DNA of 63,757 nt, the filler included, from Hyphochytrium catenoides (taxonomy: Eukaryota > Protista > Hyphochytriomycota): NCBI GenBank assembly GCA_900088475.1. It is 5 parts of 5 records of this genome, joined end to end, with 100 filler letters (N's around TTAATTAATTAA, not from the genome) between each part and the next. Parts side by side here need not be neighbours in the genome. Positions count along the whole stretch, not along the records: positions 1 to 28,158 come from FLMG01003438.1; positions 28,259 to 54,679 come from FLMG01002130.1; 3 more parts are not named here. One strand, written 5' to 3'. The notes under the pieces are model-generated. The model did no database searches. It worked only from the letters and a program-made list of their open reading frames with translations, and had not been told where the DNA came from. Below, in pieces: positions 25,294 through 37,754 of the stretch. Both the position numbers and the translations under genes were made by a program. The first letter of the stretch is position 1. Each line of letters starts with the position of its first letter.

Positions 25294-25832
25294 TGGTAGC
25301 TGTGCTTGTGAGTGGATAATCAGCTCTGTGATAACCGGATAAAAACCATACCTGGCCTCAGTATACTATATTATCGCTTAGATAACCGGCCCTAAGAGAT
25401 ACTGATAACTGAGAGCAAGTAGGGTCACCTTACACCAGAACCTGCGCTCGGGAGAAACAGGCCTAATCATCCATCAGGGATTCGATGCAATTACTGTAGA
25501 GGGAGTGAGGACCCAACTGTCCCTTTTGTCCCGCCCGACCCGCCACAAAGTGAACACTCCAGCCTTTACCACTTTTTCTCTGAGGGTAGCTCTGGGTGGG
25601 CCGAAAGGTCAGAAATGAAAGAGAGAGAGAGAGAGAGAGAGAGAAAAAGGGAGAGAGAGCGAGAGAGAGAGAGTGAGAGTGAGAGTGAGTGAGTGAGCGA
25701 CGGAGCGAGAGAGAGAGAGGGAAGAGAAGAGAAGACAAGAAGGGGCGAGAGACAAAATGTCATCAGTTCATCAGGGATCGAAAGAGAAAGGAGGAACGAA
25801 GGAAGAAGGAATGACAACATGCTCACCCACTC

Positions 25833-25874
<42 letters not shown>

Positions 25875-26370
25875 TTTCTTCACTCTCTCATCTCCCTCTG
25901 TCCTTTCTTCTCTACTCATTCACCCTGGAGTGGTGGCTGCTTGCGTTGTTGCTTCTGGTCAGAAAAGGGATCCACCTTGTTTCTTACCCTTCTTCTTTCA
26001 GACCAAACTAGTTCTACCTTCCCTCTTTCTCTCTCTAATTAATGTCTCCACCTCCTGCACTTGTAAGACGGCAACAACACTCTTCGACAGTGGATCAACG
26101 ACGTCGCTGCATAAGCCATCTCTCTCTCTCTCTCTCTTACACCACCCTCCTTCTTCTCACTCTCTCTCTATCCCTGTCTGTACCTTTCGAATCCTGATGC
26201 TCTCTCCTGTCTTTCCTCTCTCTTTGTCTCTCTCTCTCTCGTTTTGCTCGCTTTTTTCTTTGCCTTTCTCAGTCATTCCGTCTCCTTATGAAGTTTCCCC
26301 GCAGCTTGCACTTCAACATCATGTTCGAAAGGAGATAGAGCTGACACAGTCAGTTGACAGTGGTGTCTAT

Positions 26371-26414
<44 letters not shown>

Positions 26415-27040
26415 CCTCTACCTATCAATCTGTTCATCCTTTTCCTCTCTTCGTTCCTCTTCACTCTTCCCTGTTGCCCTCAGTCTTGCTCCCATCTTCT
26501 CTCTCTTATTGTGCTCACTCACCTTTACTTTCTATCTCCTTGTTGCTCTTCTATTCTCCCTGTTTCTCTCTCGCTCTCTTCTGTCACTGTCTCTCTCTTT
26601 CTCTTCCATCCTCCGCCGTCCTCTCATTCTTCAAAATTCCCGGCGAAGCTTAACATAGAAGAAGAGCTCCATCACTTCCATAAACAATCGTTACCAATAG
26701 AAGAAAGATAAAAGAGAGAGTTAGGAAGTTCTCTTCTCTCTTCTCCAAAGCTATTTTCCTCTCTCCCACTCGCTTTCCCTCTGTTCGTTCTACGGCCGTG
26801 AGGTCTCAGCAGAGACAGAGGACCAAGAAGAAGAGAGAGGCATCCTTGGAGCCCAGAGAAGACAACAGAAGAAAGAGAAGAGAGAGAGAAGACAGCGCGG
26901 ACACAGAGGAGAAAAGAAAGGAAGCTTTCTCCTTCAACGGCCGAGAGAGAGACACAGCGATCTCTTTGTTCTACCTAGGAAACCTCTTCTCAATCTGACG
27001 AGAGACACAGAGCTTCATAGGGCAATACGCTCGCCAACCA

Positions 27041-27075
<35 letters not shown>

Positions 27076-27247
27076 TGGAGAAATATTTCTCTTGAGATTG
27101 TTCCCTCTCATTTCAAGGACCGGCGCAACTCTTCCTACCGCCATAGAGTGAAGAAGAGCCACCAGACCAACTTCCATACAAAAGTTAACGTTCATCCTCT
27201 GGTCAAACCGCTCATGGAGGCCATTGAGAGACTCTGCAAGCCAAAAT

Positions 27248-27283
<36 letters not shown>

Positions 27284-28158
27284 GATGTGGCTCTCTTTTC
27301 TCTGTGGACCGATAGGAGATGCTATGGAGAGTCATACGCTACTTCCTCTTGCATCCCCCCCGTTTTCTCTCTCTCTCTCTCTCGTCTGATTGCAAACCTT
27401 TCAAGGCAATGTAGAGGAGAGAAGATGAGAGAGAGAGAGAGAGGACCGGAAGGTATTGATCTTCTTGGTGATCCTCTTCTCTCTCTCTCGCTATCTGTTT
27501 GGGAAGGTCCCTCCGTCTTCATCAGTATTTCTAAAGTTAGGAAAGTTGTCTGTCATTCTCTCTCTCTTTCTTTTTGAGCCCAAGAAAATGAAAGAGAGAA
27601 GAGATCTCCATTCTCCGCTGTACACTAGCCGTGCTTTTTGATAATAGAGTTTTCATTAGAAAAGGTTCTCTTGGTTTCTCTCTCTTTCTCTTTCTCTCTC
27701 TCTCTCTCTCTTGGTCAAGCATTCCCCCTGATGCTAAACCACAACCTTTCTGAGTCACACGTGGAGTGAGAGAAAAGAAAAGATAGAGACGTAGTCAAAG
27801 AGACGTTGGATGTGAAGGCGCACCGCATGTACGCAGGAAGAAGGAATGGAAAAGAGAGAGATGAGAGAGAGAGAGAGATGCAGAAAGAGAACAAACCTCA
27901 GCTCCCTGCTTGGTGTTAGCTCACGACGAAGGGAGAGAGAGAGAGAGGGAGAGAAAGAGTGGAGGAACAGGTAACGACACGAAATAAAGGAAGAAACGGG
28001 AGAGGCGACAGGAGAGAAAGAAAGTCAAGAAGATGCGTTGCTGCATAAGCCCTACGCTGTTTCCTCTCTCTTCTTCCGTCTTTCCCCTTGATCGTCTCTG
28101 TCCCAGACACAGACACACACGACACACTCTCTTTCTTTCTCTCTCTCTCTCTCTCTCT

Positions 28159-28258
28159 NNNNNNNNNNNNNNNNNNNNNNNNNNNNNNNNNNNNNNNNNN
28201 NNTTAATTAATTAANNNNNNNNNNNNNNNNNNNNNNNNNNNNNNNNNNNNNNNNNNNN
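28159..28258. other. Artificial contig linker N44-TTAATTAATTAA-N44
   Basis: Six-frame stop spacer; the identical structure occurs four times in the window. Confidence 0.97.
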
Positions 28259-29461
28259 CCGATTCTATAGCCCCACCAATCAGAGCTCGAGTTATCGTAG
28301 CCGTTGGCAGCCCTGTAGCCCAGAAATAGAATACACCAGCATTGACCGGTGGAGATGCTCTTACTCGTAGCATAGTAGGGAGCTGAGCTTATCAGTCTAT
28401 TCGTTCCCCTTGTCGCTGACATCAGCTGCAATGATGGTTTCCCAGCGGTAGTTACACTGGCTGCTATTTTTAGTCTCATCTAGCTTCTTCTACATATTGC
28501 CACTCCTCCGTCCTTCATTATTAACTACACGGGTCTGAAGGAGGTCGTCTTCGTCGTCGGTGATGACTCATGACAATGGGTCAGGACGCCTACCTTACCT
28601 GTAGGGCTCAAGAGAAACATTAGCAGCTGTGGTGGGTCCGAACGTTCAGTTCCCCTGGCTTTATACTCATCATTCTGATAGTCTGCTACTACTACTACTC
28701 AGCTCCTATGTCTTTTGGAGATGACAAAACCCTTGGTTTGCATGCAGCAGCGCCTTTATCGTTAGCTTGATTGGAGACCTGTAGAAAATGACCCAACAAT
28801 AACGAGGAGTAGTTACCTTCTTAGTCCTGACTGCCCTCTGTCATCATGCTCATCCTCTACGCGACAAACTGATCCTCATGTAGATATAATAATGGGAAGA
28901 GTAGGGGAAGAGAGGAAATTAATGGCCTCTGCCGCTTCAGAGATGAGCCCATCTACTATAGCTCTGAAGGGAAGTTGGTTTTGACAACGGAGGAAATTCT
29001 TTCATCTGTTCTCAGTAATGCCAGTCCCTTGATCTCTTCGTAAAATATTCCAAGTTTTTTTTTGCCTTTGGAGAGGAGGTGGATGTTCAGTGGAGCGTGA
29101 GATACGCCACTATTCATCATTTAGAGTGACCGCCACTCTTGGAGCCCATAGAGTCTTCCCACAAGCCTTCAATTCCAAAAGAGAAGCCGCCTCTCTTTCC
29201 CTGATAATAGGCATTACTTACCCGGTGACTACCAAGCGGAACTTCACACTTCTCCTATACAGAAATGAAGACATCTCTATCTCATTAGAAACATAGCACC
29301 TCGCTACAGAGCGGGAATACGGTGTCACTCTGATCTGCCATTTTTCCCCAGAAGGCACTGCCCGGGGAGAGAGCATTGTGAGAGCTACCTCGGCAGACAT
29401 AAGGGAGCAGCCAAGGGCCGCTTCCTGAGCCGTAAGATTCCCGCGGGGCTTTGTTATTACT

Positions 29462-30247
29462 ATGGAGCCGCTGGACATCTTTGTGCTGGTGGGCTACTTG
29501 GTGTCATTGGTGATCACTCTTTTGTGTCTTCCTGACATTAATCATTGGGAAATTGGGCGCAAGATTTTGCCTACCCTTTTGGCCATTTCAGTGTACACGA
29601 ACATTATCAATCTCGTGGTCTTTCTGGCTTTATTCCTCCCGCAGTGCTCCGTGGAAGAGGGTGACGGACAGTGCTACATTGCTCTCACTGTGCTCGCTTA
29701 CCTGATGGATTGGTTCACTTCTACTGCAACGGATCTAGTGTACATTTATCGCATGAAGGCAATGTTGCTAAAAGAGGAGGAACGTAGCCGCATCCGATGG
29801 TTCATGATCATCTCTTACGGCTATGGCATCGCTGGCATCACGTCCATTCTTTCCGTATGGGAGGTGATCAGCGAAAACGACGCCGCTGTTATCTGGTCAG
29901 TGTGCAATATCCTGCTCGTCTTCAACCAGCTGGTGATGCACGCAGGGCTTATCCGCGTGCTAACGACAGGGAACCTCTCCAAATGCGCCCAAGGTCATGA
30001 ATCCAAGAGGAAATGGTTGGCCATTGGGCTTACAGTCGCAACAGTTCTCTATCTTGCCGGCAGCATATATTATATGGTTGATCCAGAGCTTGGTATGCCG
30101 ATGGTCAACATTCCTTGGGCTTTTAACCTGAAGATGTTTGGTTTAGTTAATCGCTTTATAGAGGAGTTGATGCTGAGAAGAGGAGTAATCAATACCGCGA
30201 GGGTCATGGATGAGACGACAGCGGCAGCGGGAGTCTGTGGCAGGTAG
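29462..30247 (+). CDS. Orphan seven-transmembrane (GPCR-like) membrane protein, 261 aa, intronless
   Basis: Seven hydrophobic stretches by eye, a Cys pair in the loop before TM3, YIYR at the end of TM3 and basic cytosolic loops. Clean ATG-TAG ORF within degraded flanks. Confidence 0.75.
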   Translation: MEPLDIFVLVGYLVSLVITLLCLPDINHWEIGRKILPTLLAISVYTNIINLVVFLALFLPQCSVEEGDGQCYIALTVLAYLMDWFTSTATDLVYIYRMKAMLLKEEERSRIRWFMIISYGYGIAGITSILSVWEVISENDAAVIWSVCNILLVFNQLVMHAGLIRVLTTGNLSKCAQGHESKRKWLAIGLTVATVLYLAGSIYYMVDPELGMPMVNIPWAFNLKMFGLVNRFIEELMLRRGVINTARVMDETTAAAGVCGR

Positions 30248-31659
30248 CGGCAAATGTGCTGGGCAGCCTTAGGAGCGTTGCTATCAGCTTAGGAGAGGAA
30301 GAGGGCGACGAACTACTTTGTCGTCAGACGTTCTGCTGCTCGGTCGATTATCGAACGACCTCTTTTCCCTTGTTCAGAGTTCGAGCCAACTAGCCAACTA
30401 GGGTAAGAGATAGACCCAATAGAAAAGTCACTCTACTTGGTTACGCACCCTCCCTTGGCCTCTCCATGCTAATGATGTTACCCAGTAGCCGCTAAGTAGT
30501 GAGAGTCTGCTTGTGTCCACCGAAAGAGGACAAAGGTGCCATCATAAATGATAACAGCGGTGACACCCCTTCTTCTTTCTTCCCTTGCTACATTGTTTGA
30601 CAGATATGCTTTGCATTGAGGGGCTGTTGCCCCTATTCCTTTGCAGTTCGTAGGACAAGCAGGGTGAGCAAATATGAAAACTGCAACTAAAGAACAAGGA
30701 ATCACAATATATACTTTCACTCTGTTCCTGATGGTCTCTCTTATAAGTAAGCTCTATGCTAAGTCTTCCTTGATCTCTCTATCCCTTCCTCTTGGGACTA
30801 CTGCGCGACCTGTTCGCTCAGAATGATTCACTTTTTTTGCTGAGAACCTTGTATACCTACATGTCCCACTAACTTGTCTTACTTCCTCTGGCTCTTCTCA
30901 TACTCGCTGTCAAGATTATCATCAATTTAGCGGATTTTTGAGGTATCCTCTCCCTCCGCTCTCCGTCTCCCTCACTCGTACTCCGCCATCCTCATTAGTT
31001 GTTAGGCCACGGTGGTCCAAGGCATCTGGACAAAAAAATATGACCAACTAGGTCTCCCACCCGTCAGCGAGGGATGAAAGGTCGCTCTGTAGTGATGAGA
31101 AGCTCTTCGAGACTCTGGCATGTATTTCAGAGCGACAGCGAGGCACACGAGAGTGTGAGAGAGCGCAGAGAAGATAGCTTCGAAAGGGAGAAAAGGAAGT
31201 CACAGATAGCTTCAAGGAAGGGAGACCCAGATTGAAAGCGGCAGTACAGATTGAGCAGAGTTAGAGGAGCAAATGACACACAAAGGAGACAGAGAACGTG
31301 AGATAGAGGAGGAGAAGCAAAGTAGGTAGATCGTAGGGCGTGCTCACTTACTAGTGAATCTTATGATGAGAACGCTTGTGTATCATTCAGCTTCAGTGGT
31401 CCTCTAGACACAGAATATCGCCATGGTTTACTATGAGAGGACTCACACGGACATGTCTGCACCACATTCTTTGGAAGACTCGAACCCATTTTGCACAAAG
31501 GAAGGCTGCGCTAGCTTGACAACGACTCTATCATCGCTTGCTTGGATACCTACTTACTGCTAGTAAGCTTCATTAGTCTACGTCTTGAAGCTGCTCAGGG
31601 TGACGCTGGGAGGTCGTGTTGATGATGTTGGCGCACGGTAACACCTCTGAAGAGCATCA

Positions 31660-31968
31660 TTACTCGTGCTGTTGCTGATCGTGTATGCGGACTAGAGGCT
31701 ATGCTGACCGAGCCAGTTGAGAGATCATTCTATCGGCTCCATCCTCCCTTGTTCCTTTATCCTCTTGTGCGTAGCTCCTGGGATTCTCTGTTCTGGTGGT
31801 TCAGTATTCGTCCGGCTCCTATGACCTTGTCGTATCCATAGACATTCCCTTTACAGCTTTCTTCTACCACCGCTTTATCATACTGGTACGCGAACTTCTG
31901 TCAGAAGAAAGTAGGCTTGCGCGGTGTACGTCTGGGATCCCTTCGAGGACCCTATCTATCATCAATTC
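31660..31968 (-). pseudogene. Possible gag-like retroelement relic
   Basis: Frame reads ELMIDRVLEGIPDVHRASLL... followed by a hydrophilic tail with internal TAG, TAG, TGA, TAG stops. Resemblance to gag is weak. Confidence 0.25.
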
Positions 31969-34900
31969 AGTTCTCTTTGGCTTGTCTTATTAGTGAGGGG
32001 TGCGGGACAGCAGAGGTTTGGGGCTCGCATAGTCAGCCGTCGTTAGTCCATGATTAGATTTCCTTCTGCTCACCAGGATGAGCGTGAGAGAACATGCAAA
32101 TGAATGGTGGTAAACCTCTGGCTGGGGGAGTCAAACTGGCGCTTGACATTACTAGTTTGGGAGCTCTCCTTGTCGCCTAGCTGGGTCAACCGGAAGGTAG
32201 CTCTTGGCCCCGTTAGTAATTGCCGACGTGTCCTAACTCTACGACTAACCCACAAGGACTAAGCTAACTCACAAGAACTGAGTACTCCTTACCGCCACGA
32301 CTACAAATTAGTTACGTACTCTCTCTTCTAACGTACGTTTGGCGCAGTGAAGACAGGGCGGGCGGGCGGTTGACTGTTCTTGCTACGCCGAATAGGTGCA
32401 GTCAGCTGTGCCTCCCCTCTCCGTTGCCGCTTTGTCTACGTCTGGACAGGCGGGAGAGGCTGAGGCTGACCGAGCAAATCTGAGACTGAGGCCCGAGGTC
32501 AGCCCCATCCTCTAACCGCGCCAGGAAAACCTAATATCCCCCCGAATATTCAACCGTTTTGCTTTTGCCCGCCGGGAATACGTTCTTCCCAATCTCTGAG
32601 TTCCAATCATCCTCTCATAATGTTGAGAGACTAGAGGTTATTAACCTGGAGCAGAGCTTTTCAGGCCCTTTTCATTCCTTCGCTGACGTCTATAAGGCCT
32701 AAAATTGCTCTATTTCTATGCCAGAGACCGGCGGAGAACTAATTGCGCAGTCGATAGGATGCTTGAAACCAGAGATAGATGAGTTTCAACGTCAGAAGGT
32801 ACCGTCTGTATCCCTAACGTGGTCCTGAACATGGGATGTGTTACATCCACTTTTACCCTTGTGCAACCAAGAATTCATTAGATGGAAGTCTATCAAACTA
32901 AGACTGACCTTATCCCTCGCACGCTGCTTGCGGTGAGCTACTAGTACTACCCTGCGGCGTGATATTACCACTGTCTTCCCGCTCCAGAACACATTTTTCA
33001 CTGTCTAGTTCTAAGGAGAATAGACTAATGAAGCCATTGAGCAAAGGAGAGTACCGCAGTCGAGACCTGACGCTAATAATGATGATAAGTGAGAAACTAT
33101 CATAAAACACAAAGATACATCCCAGCCCCATCAGGCAAAGCACTAAAGAGATTATAAGGTCGCAAAGTCCAGACCATAGAGGATCCGGACCAATAGTGCA
33201 GATTCGCAGAGTAGCTTCTCCAGCATGAAGAGATGCGAGTCGTACGCCCTGATAGAGCGCCCGACCACACTCCAGTTCATTAAACAAAAGCCAGTAGTAG
33301 AGGCAGCGCCATCCTATTGACACGAAGAGTACTCCAGAAAGAACCATGGAAAAGTTCTTTCCCTAGGATGCCTAAGGGACCAATTTATATTGGAAACGTT
33401 CATATCTAGCACAGACTGATGCACGTTAACTCTCTCATCATAGGACCAACAACCATCAAAAAAACTCGGGACCCAAATATATTCTATGCATCACCGTCAT
33501 CATATGGCCTTCTATTTCAGAGAGCCGAGTCAATGGATAGATCGAGGGAACGGGACCTGTCATCATACTACTTGAGCAGTGAATAGTAGCCTCAGTCTTT
33601 TATCCTGAATCACCACAATCATCACCTCCGCCCTTTGGGATTGCCACAGAAGCACTGTCCTTGGATGCAAATCGAGGATTGACCTCGCCTGATCCTCCAC
33701 TACTATAGAAGGCTTGAACGTCAGGATAGTAGTGCAGCTATTGTTAGTGACTTTATTCGTCAAGCCATTTAGGGTAGGCCTTCCACTGAAGATACTTCAT
33801 TCGAGAAGAGAAGCGCAGTCGAGCCGCCGTAGCGTCCCCCAGCGGCGGACTAGGAGGGAGTTATCGACCCCAAAGAAGAGCTACCGCTCGAGAGAGCTAT
33901 CAAGGAAAGAGCATCCGAGGACCAACCAAGACCAGTGAAAGAGGTTAGCAACCGATATATCGACTGATGAAAGAACTACCGACGAGGAGAGAAGAGCTGC
34001 TTACAGACTGAGCTGCCAACCGCCCCAGAGAGTAGCCAGAAGATTAGCTCTGAAAGACTCCGTGTGCAGCATCAGCCTGCAACCGTAGCTAGAACCTTTG
34101 TGTAGAGTTAGAGCGTGGCAAGCGAATGACTTTAGAGCCAGTTGTCAGAGAAGAGGAGACACCAACGACCGTGAGCCAAAGGCAATTCGAAGGAAAAGAG
34201 ACCCTTACAAGGAGAAGAGAAGAGAGAGAGAAGCAAGGAAGAAATCACTGGGGAGACGTTACAGAAGAGCCGTTTCACCGTCGTTTTGGCCAACCAACTC
34301 CTGACTTGATAACCACCGCAAGTGCCCTCACCATCATCCCCATCAATAGCAGAGCTTCATTCTTTGATAGGGAAAGCGAGGCAAAGGCACCAGAATGAAT
34401 AAAAAAACTGTTGGTCTTATCAGTTTCTCAATGAGATTTTCCTCATCATTCTCTTCCATAAAATGCTTATGGTTCTTCGTCTTTTCTCTGTAGAGTCTTG
34501 AACATTCTTCTAAGCAAATAGGACCAAGACAAATCAAACAAGAAGTCCTCCTAGCTCTTGTTGCCTACCAGCTTGTTTTTCATGGACGGGTAGAGCCAAC
34601 GGTGGCATCCTCTCCTTTGTTCGGGGCGATGTTTGCCGTTGTGGGTCGGTTGTCGTTGGTTACAGCTCGACCACCAACAGCACCGCCGGCCTGCTAAGGC
34701 CTCCCCTTAACGAATCGTGATGGTTCCTTTTTTCCAGGCTCAAGCTTTAGTCGTGAAGTACCATGGTAGAGCAAGGTTCTTCGGACAACCTCGCTCTCGC
34801 GTTGTAGACTTCCTCCTTTTGTCCTTTCACTATCATGGTCTTCTGCGCTTTCGCCTATCAGAATTTGGACCACTTTGCTCCCTCTTCTTTCTCCCACTAT

Positions 34901-35687
34901 CATCCATCCTTTGAATCCTAGAAGAAGGAATACTCACCTCCTTCGACCGTTCTCCGTCTTCCTCCATCGTCACGATGAGAATAGTCAAGCCGTTGTTGAC
35001 AGAGAGAGTGTCCCAGAGAAGTCTCCGTTACAGATTCGCAGTGACCGGAAGAAGCCCACGAACCACCAGAGGAACAAGTATAGCAAGAGCCATGCCTCTC
35101 TTCTCTTATCTTACCTTCCTTCCCGTCGTCACATCCTCACTCGGCCGGGTCTTACTGTCCTGTCTATGTTGGGGTTATGGGTAAAATTGTGCCTCAATCA
35201 GAAGGGTTGCGCCCTGAGCAAAAGTACGGCCTTCTGTACATCAAACCATCCTATTTTTCTTATAACCGTCGCTCATCAGCGGCAGGGAGAATGAGAAGAA
35301 GCGGCAAGATAGGATCGTTGCTTTAAAAATAACTCCCATTTCCAAAATATCGGTCCACTAGATAAGAGACTAGCGTTCTTCACAACGGCAGCACGCCCCA
35401 ATTATCACACTGAAGCCCAATCTTCCTCCTCTGTCCAACACCTAGCGGCCACTATTGGTAGCCTCAGGTTCTCAACAAGTCCGGACAAAAGACTGACGGA
35501 GCGGAGCTAGACACTCGCACATTAGGCTGGGGCCTTTGGCGTCATGGCAATAGTACAACCTTACTAGAGAGAGAAAGACCACTCTACGCTGCATCAGGCA
35601 ACGGACGGTCTCCCGCCATCATTCGGACTTGATTACGAAAGAGGTTCATATTGAGAGTCTTCGGTAATACCCTTGAGGAAGACAGTC

Positions 35688-37754
35688 ATGAGTGCCCTTG
35701 AACACCAGAAGCTGTCTCTCTTGCGACGGCCGGTACCGCCGCCATCCTCTTGTCCGCCTTCGCCTGACATTCTCGCCAGCACCACCAGCACAGCAGTAGA
35801 AGTGCCACGTGGGGTCCGCCCTACCGGCAAGCACGCTTCAGTAGTGAGATCTTCCCATCACAACCATGACTGCCAGGCTCCGGCCATCGAGACTAGCAGT
35901 GGAGAAGGAATTGGAGAAGCACGATGCCCAGCCGCAACGACCATCAGAGACAGTTTTGTTTCCTTTGCGGTCGACTACCTGTGTCCCCGAAGCTCTTGTT
36001 GGCCGCATATGTGGGATGTCAGTGGACGGGGAGAGAATTCATGGGTGCGTAGCCTGACGAAGCAACCTAACAGCCAGAGTTCGAGAAATAACCATGAAGA
36101 CTCTGTCCCTCTTAAAAGCAGGGCGGGGGTAGAAGAGAGCTTTGAGCTTTTGGCCGCGGACAACTCCAAGAAATCCGCCTACGCAATATCCTGGTGCTGG
36201 TGGAGTCCAGTGGCACGTAGCCATGGCGCTCGCCATGTTTGGAAATGGTCGCTCAGGCGGATGATAGTAAGGACCAGAACACTCCCAGTACCGAGATCTC
36301 TCCTAGTGTTTGGGCTTCTCCTTATCGTGCTCACCTTTGGCTTTTTTTGCCTCTATACCAGCACGGAGGAGCCGTCCCAACATCCCCTCAAACTATCTTC
36401 TTGGAAGAAGGCTAGTAGCGATGTTGGTCCGACTGTCTCTTCTTCTTCGCTGTCTGATAATAAGATGGTGGGGAAGACGAAGGATGTGATGCCTCACATT
36501 ATCTTCTCAACAGACTGCTCTCCGTTCATGACATGGCAGTCGGAGCTTCTTCTCTCTTCTGCGCGAAGAGTAGGACACACAGGAAAGATCACACGTATCG
36601 CTAGCGGTTGCACTGAAGACCAACAGCAGAAGGAAAGGGCAAGAAAGCGTAACTCTCCTCTTGGTATCGAACAAGACTACGATGTCTTCTTTGCTGGAGA
36701 TTATGCCTGGGATGAGGTCTCCAAGACGAAGTATACACCGCGGAACAAACCTGGGGGACTGCGAGACTGGCTTCAGAGCCTTCCCAATGAGAGAGATGAG
36801 GAGGTGGTGGCGCTGATAGATACAGATTTCATCTTTCTCCGACCTCTGGTGACCAATACTGGTGGTGACCATCATCTTACGTCCAAGAACTGGATTAGCG
36901 CCTCTAGCTCTATGAATGAGAGTGTATTGAATGACTGGGTTGCGCCTGGTTACATGGTCTCTCAGGCCTACGGATATGGCTCTACATGGTTGAAGGGCGT
37001 CGACAAGCTCAACAGTAGCTTTCCAGCGGACTCTCCTGTTCACGGCTTCAAGCCAGGCACTGCGCGAGCCCTTGACTTAGCCGTCGGTCCGCCGTATATT
37101 GGGCTGGTGAAGGACTTTAGAGCCCTGGTAGGAGACTACTTCGATCTGACTGGAACGCTATGGCGGCTGAATGGAGGATGGATGGAAGAGATGAGTGCCT
37201 TTAGCTTGGCCACAGCGAACCAAGGAATCCAGCAGAAAAGACTGGCCAACTACATGATCTCTCACCCGTCAGGGGAGGACGAAGGGTGGCCCTGGATCGA
37301 TGGGAAGCTCTCTGACGACCAGAATCCGTGTTCCGAGGGAGAGGGCGAAGGCCTGCACGCGCTGTTTCATCGTCACAATGGCCGTAGCGTCGCCGAACCA
37401 CCAGAAGAGCCCATTTCCTTACCTACATTCTTCCACTATTGTCAAAGCCTCCAGTTGGAAGACTCTGAACGGGAACGAAGGACGTGGATCTGGACCAAGT
37501 ATCGCCTTCCCCACGACCAATTGCTCTCAAATTGCTCGATGCCACTCTTTAAGGAGCCGCCAGCATCGCTGTGGACGGCAGCTAACAGTAAAGGAGATGT
37601 CCAAGGCGCACGGAAGGCGTTGATGATCTGTACTGGGCTTAAAGCTCTAAACGCCATGCTGAAGGACCATCGCAGTCTGTCTTGTCCAGGCGGAGTTTTT
37701 AACAATGAGAAGCGCGCCTTTATCACCAAGGAGGGCCGCATACAGTTCGACTAG
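35688..37754 (+). CDS. Peptidyl-serine alpha-galactosyltransferase / Hyp O-arabinosyltransferase-like glycosyltransferase (SGT1/GT96, HPAT/GT95 clan); type II membrane protein; true start may be ATG 36261
   Basis: TM anchor LLVFGLLLIVLTFGFFCLY, then HIIFSTDCSPFMTWQS, GKITRIASGC, YTPRNKPGGLRDWL, DxD motif LIDTDFIFLRP, VGPPY, WMEEMSAFSLA and FFHYCQ. Intronless. Confidence 0.88.
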   Translation: MSALEHQKLSLLRRPVPPPSSCPPSPDILASTTSTAVEVPRGVRPTGKHASVVRSSHHNHDCQAPAIETSSGEGIGEARCPAATTIRDSFVSFAVDYLCPRSSCWPHMWDVSGRGENSWVRSLTKQPNSQSSRNNHEDSVPLKSRAGVEESFELLAADNSKKSAYAISWCWWSPVARSHGARHVWKWSLRRMIVRTRTLPVPRSLLVFGLLLIVLTFGFFCLYTSTEEPSQHPLKLSSWKKASSDVGPTVSSSSLSDNKMVGKTKDVMPHIIFSTDCSPFMTWQSELLLSSARRVGHTGKITRIASGCTEDQQQKERARKRNSPLGIEQDYDVFFAGDYAWDEVSKTKYTPRNKPGGLRDWLQSLPNERDEEVVALIDTDFIFLRPLVTNTGGDHHLTSKNWISASSSMNESVLNDWVAPGYMVSQAYGYGSTWLKGVDKLNSSFPADSPVHGFKPGTARALDLAVGPPYIGLVKDFRALVGDYFDLTGTLWRLNGGWMEEMSAFSLATANQGIQQKRLANYMISHPSGEDEGWPWIDGKLSDDQNPCSEGEGEGLHALFHRHNGRSVAEPPEEPISLPTFFHYCQSLQLEDSERERRTWIWTKYRLPHDQLLSNCSMPLFKEPPASLWTAANSKGDVQGARKALMICTGLKALNAMLKDHRSLSCPGGVFNNEKRAFITKEGRIQFD

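Noticed and set aside
68-28158. Hundreds of SLSL/ERER/poly-K/poly-L ORFs
   Set aside because: Stop-free translations of GA/CT/GAA microsatellites with no domain content.
28203-28214. TTAATTAATTAA palindrome recurring four times within N runs
   Set aside because: Assembly concatenation linker with stops in all six frames; not biological.
28259-28500. Minus-strand DKGNE*TDKLS resembling the RNase H GNExADxLA motif
   Set aside because: A single degenerate motif at a contig edge.
33620-33800. Minus-strand KYLQWKAYPKWLDE...YPDVQAFY resembling a Gypsy chromodomain followed by a purine tract
   Set aside because: Multiple stops, and no recognisable integrase or LTR pair; the similarity is too weak without a profile search.
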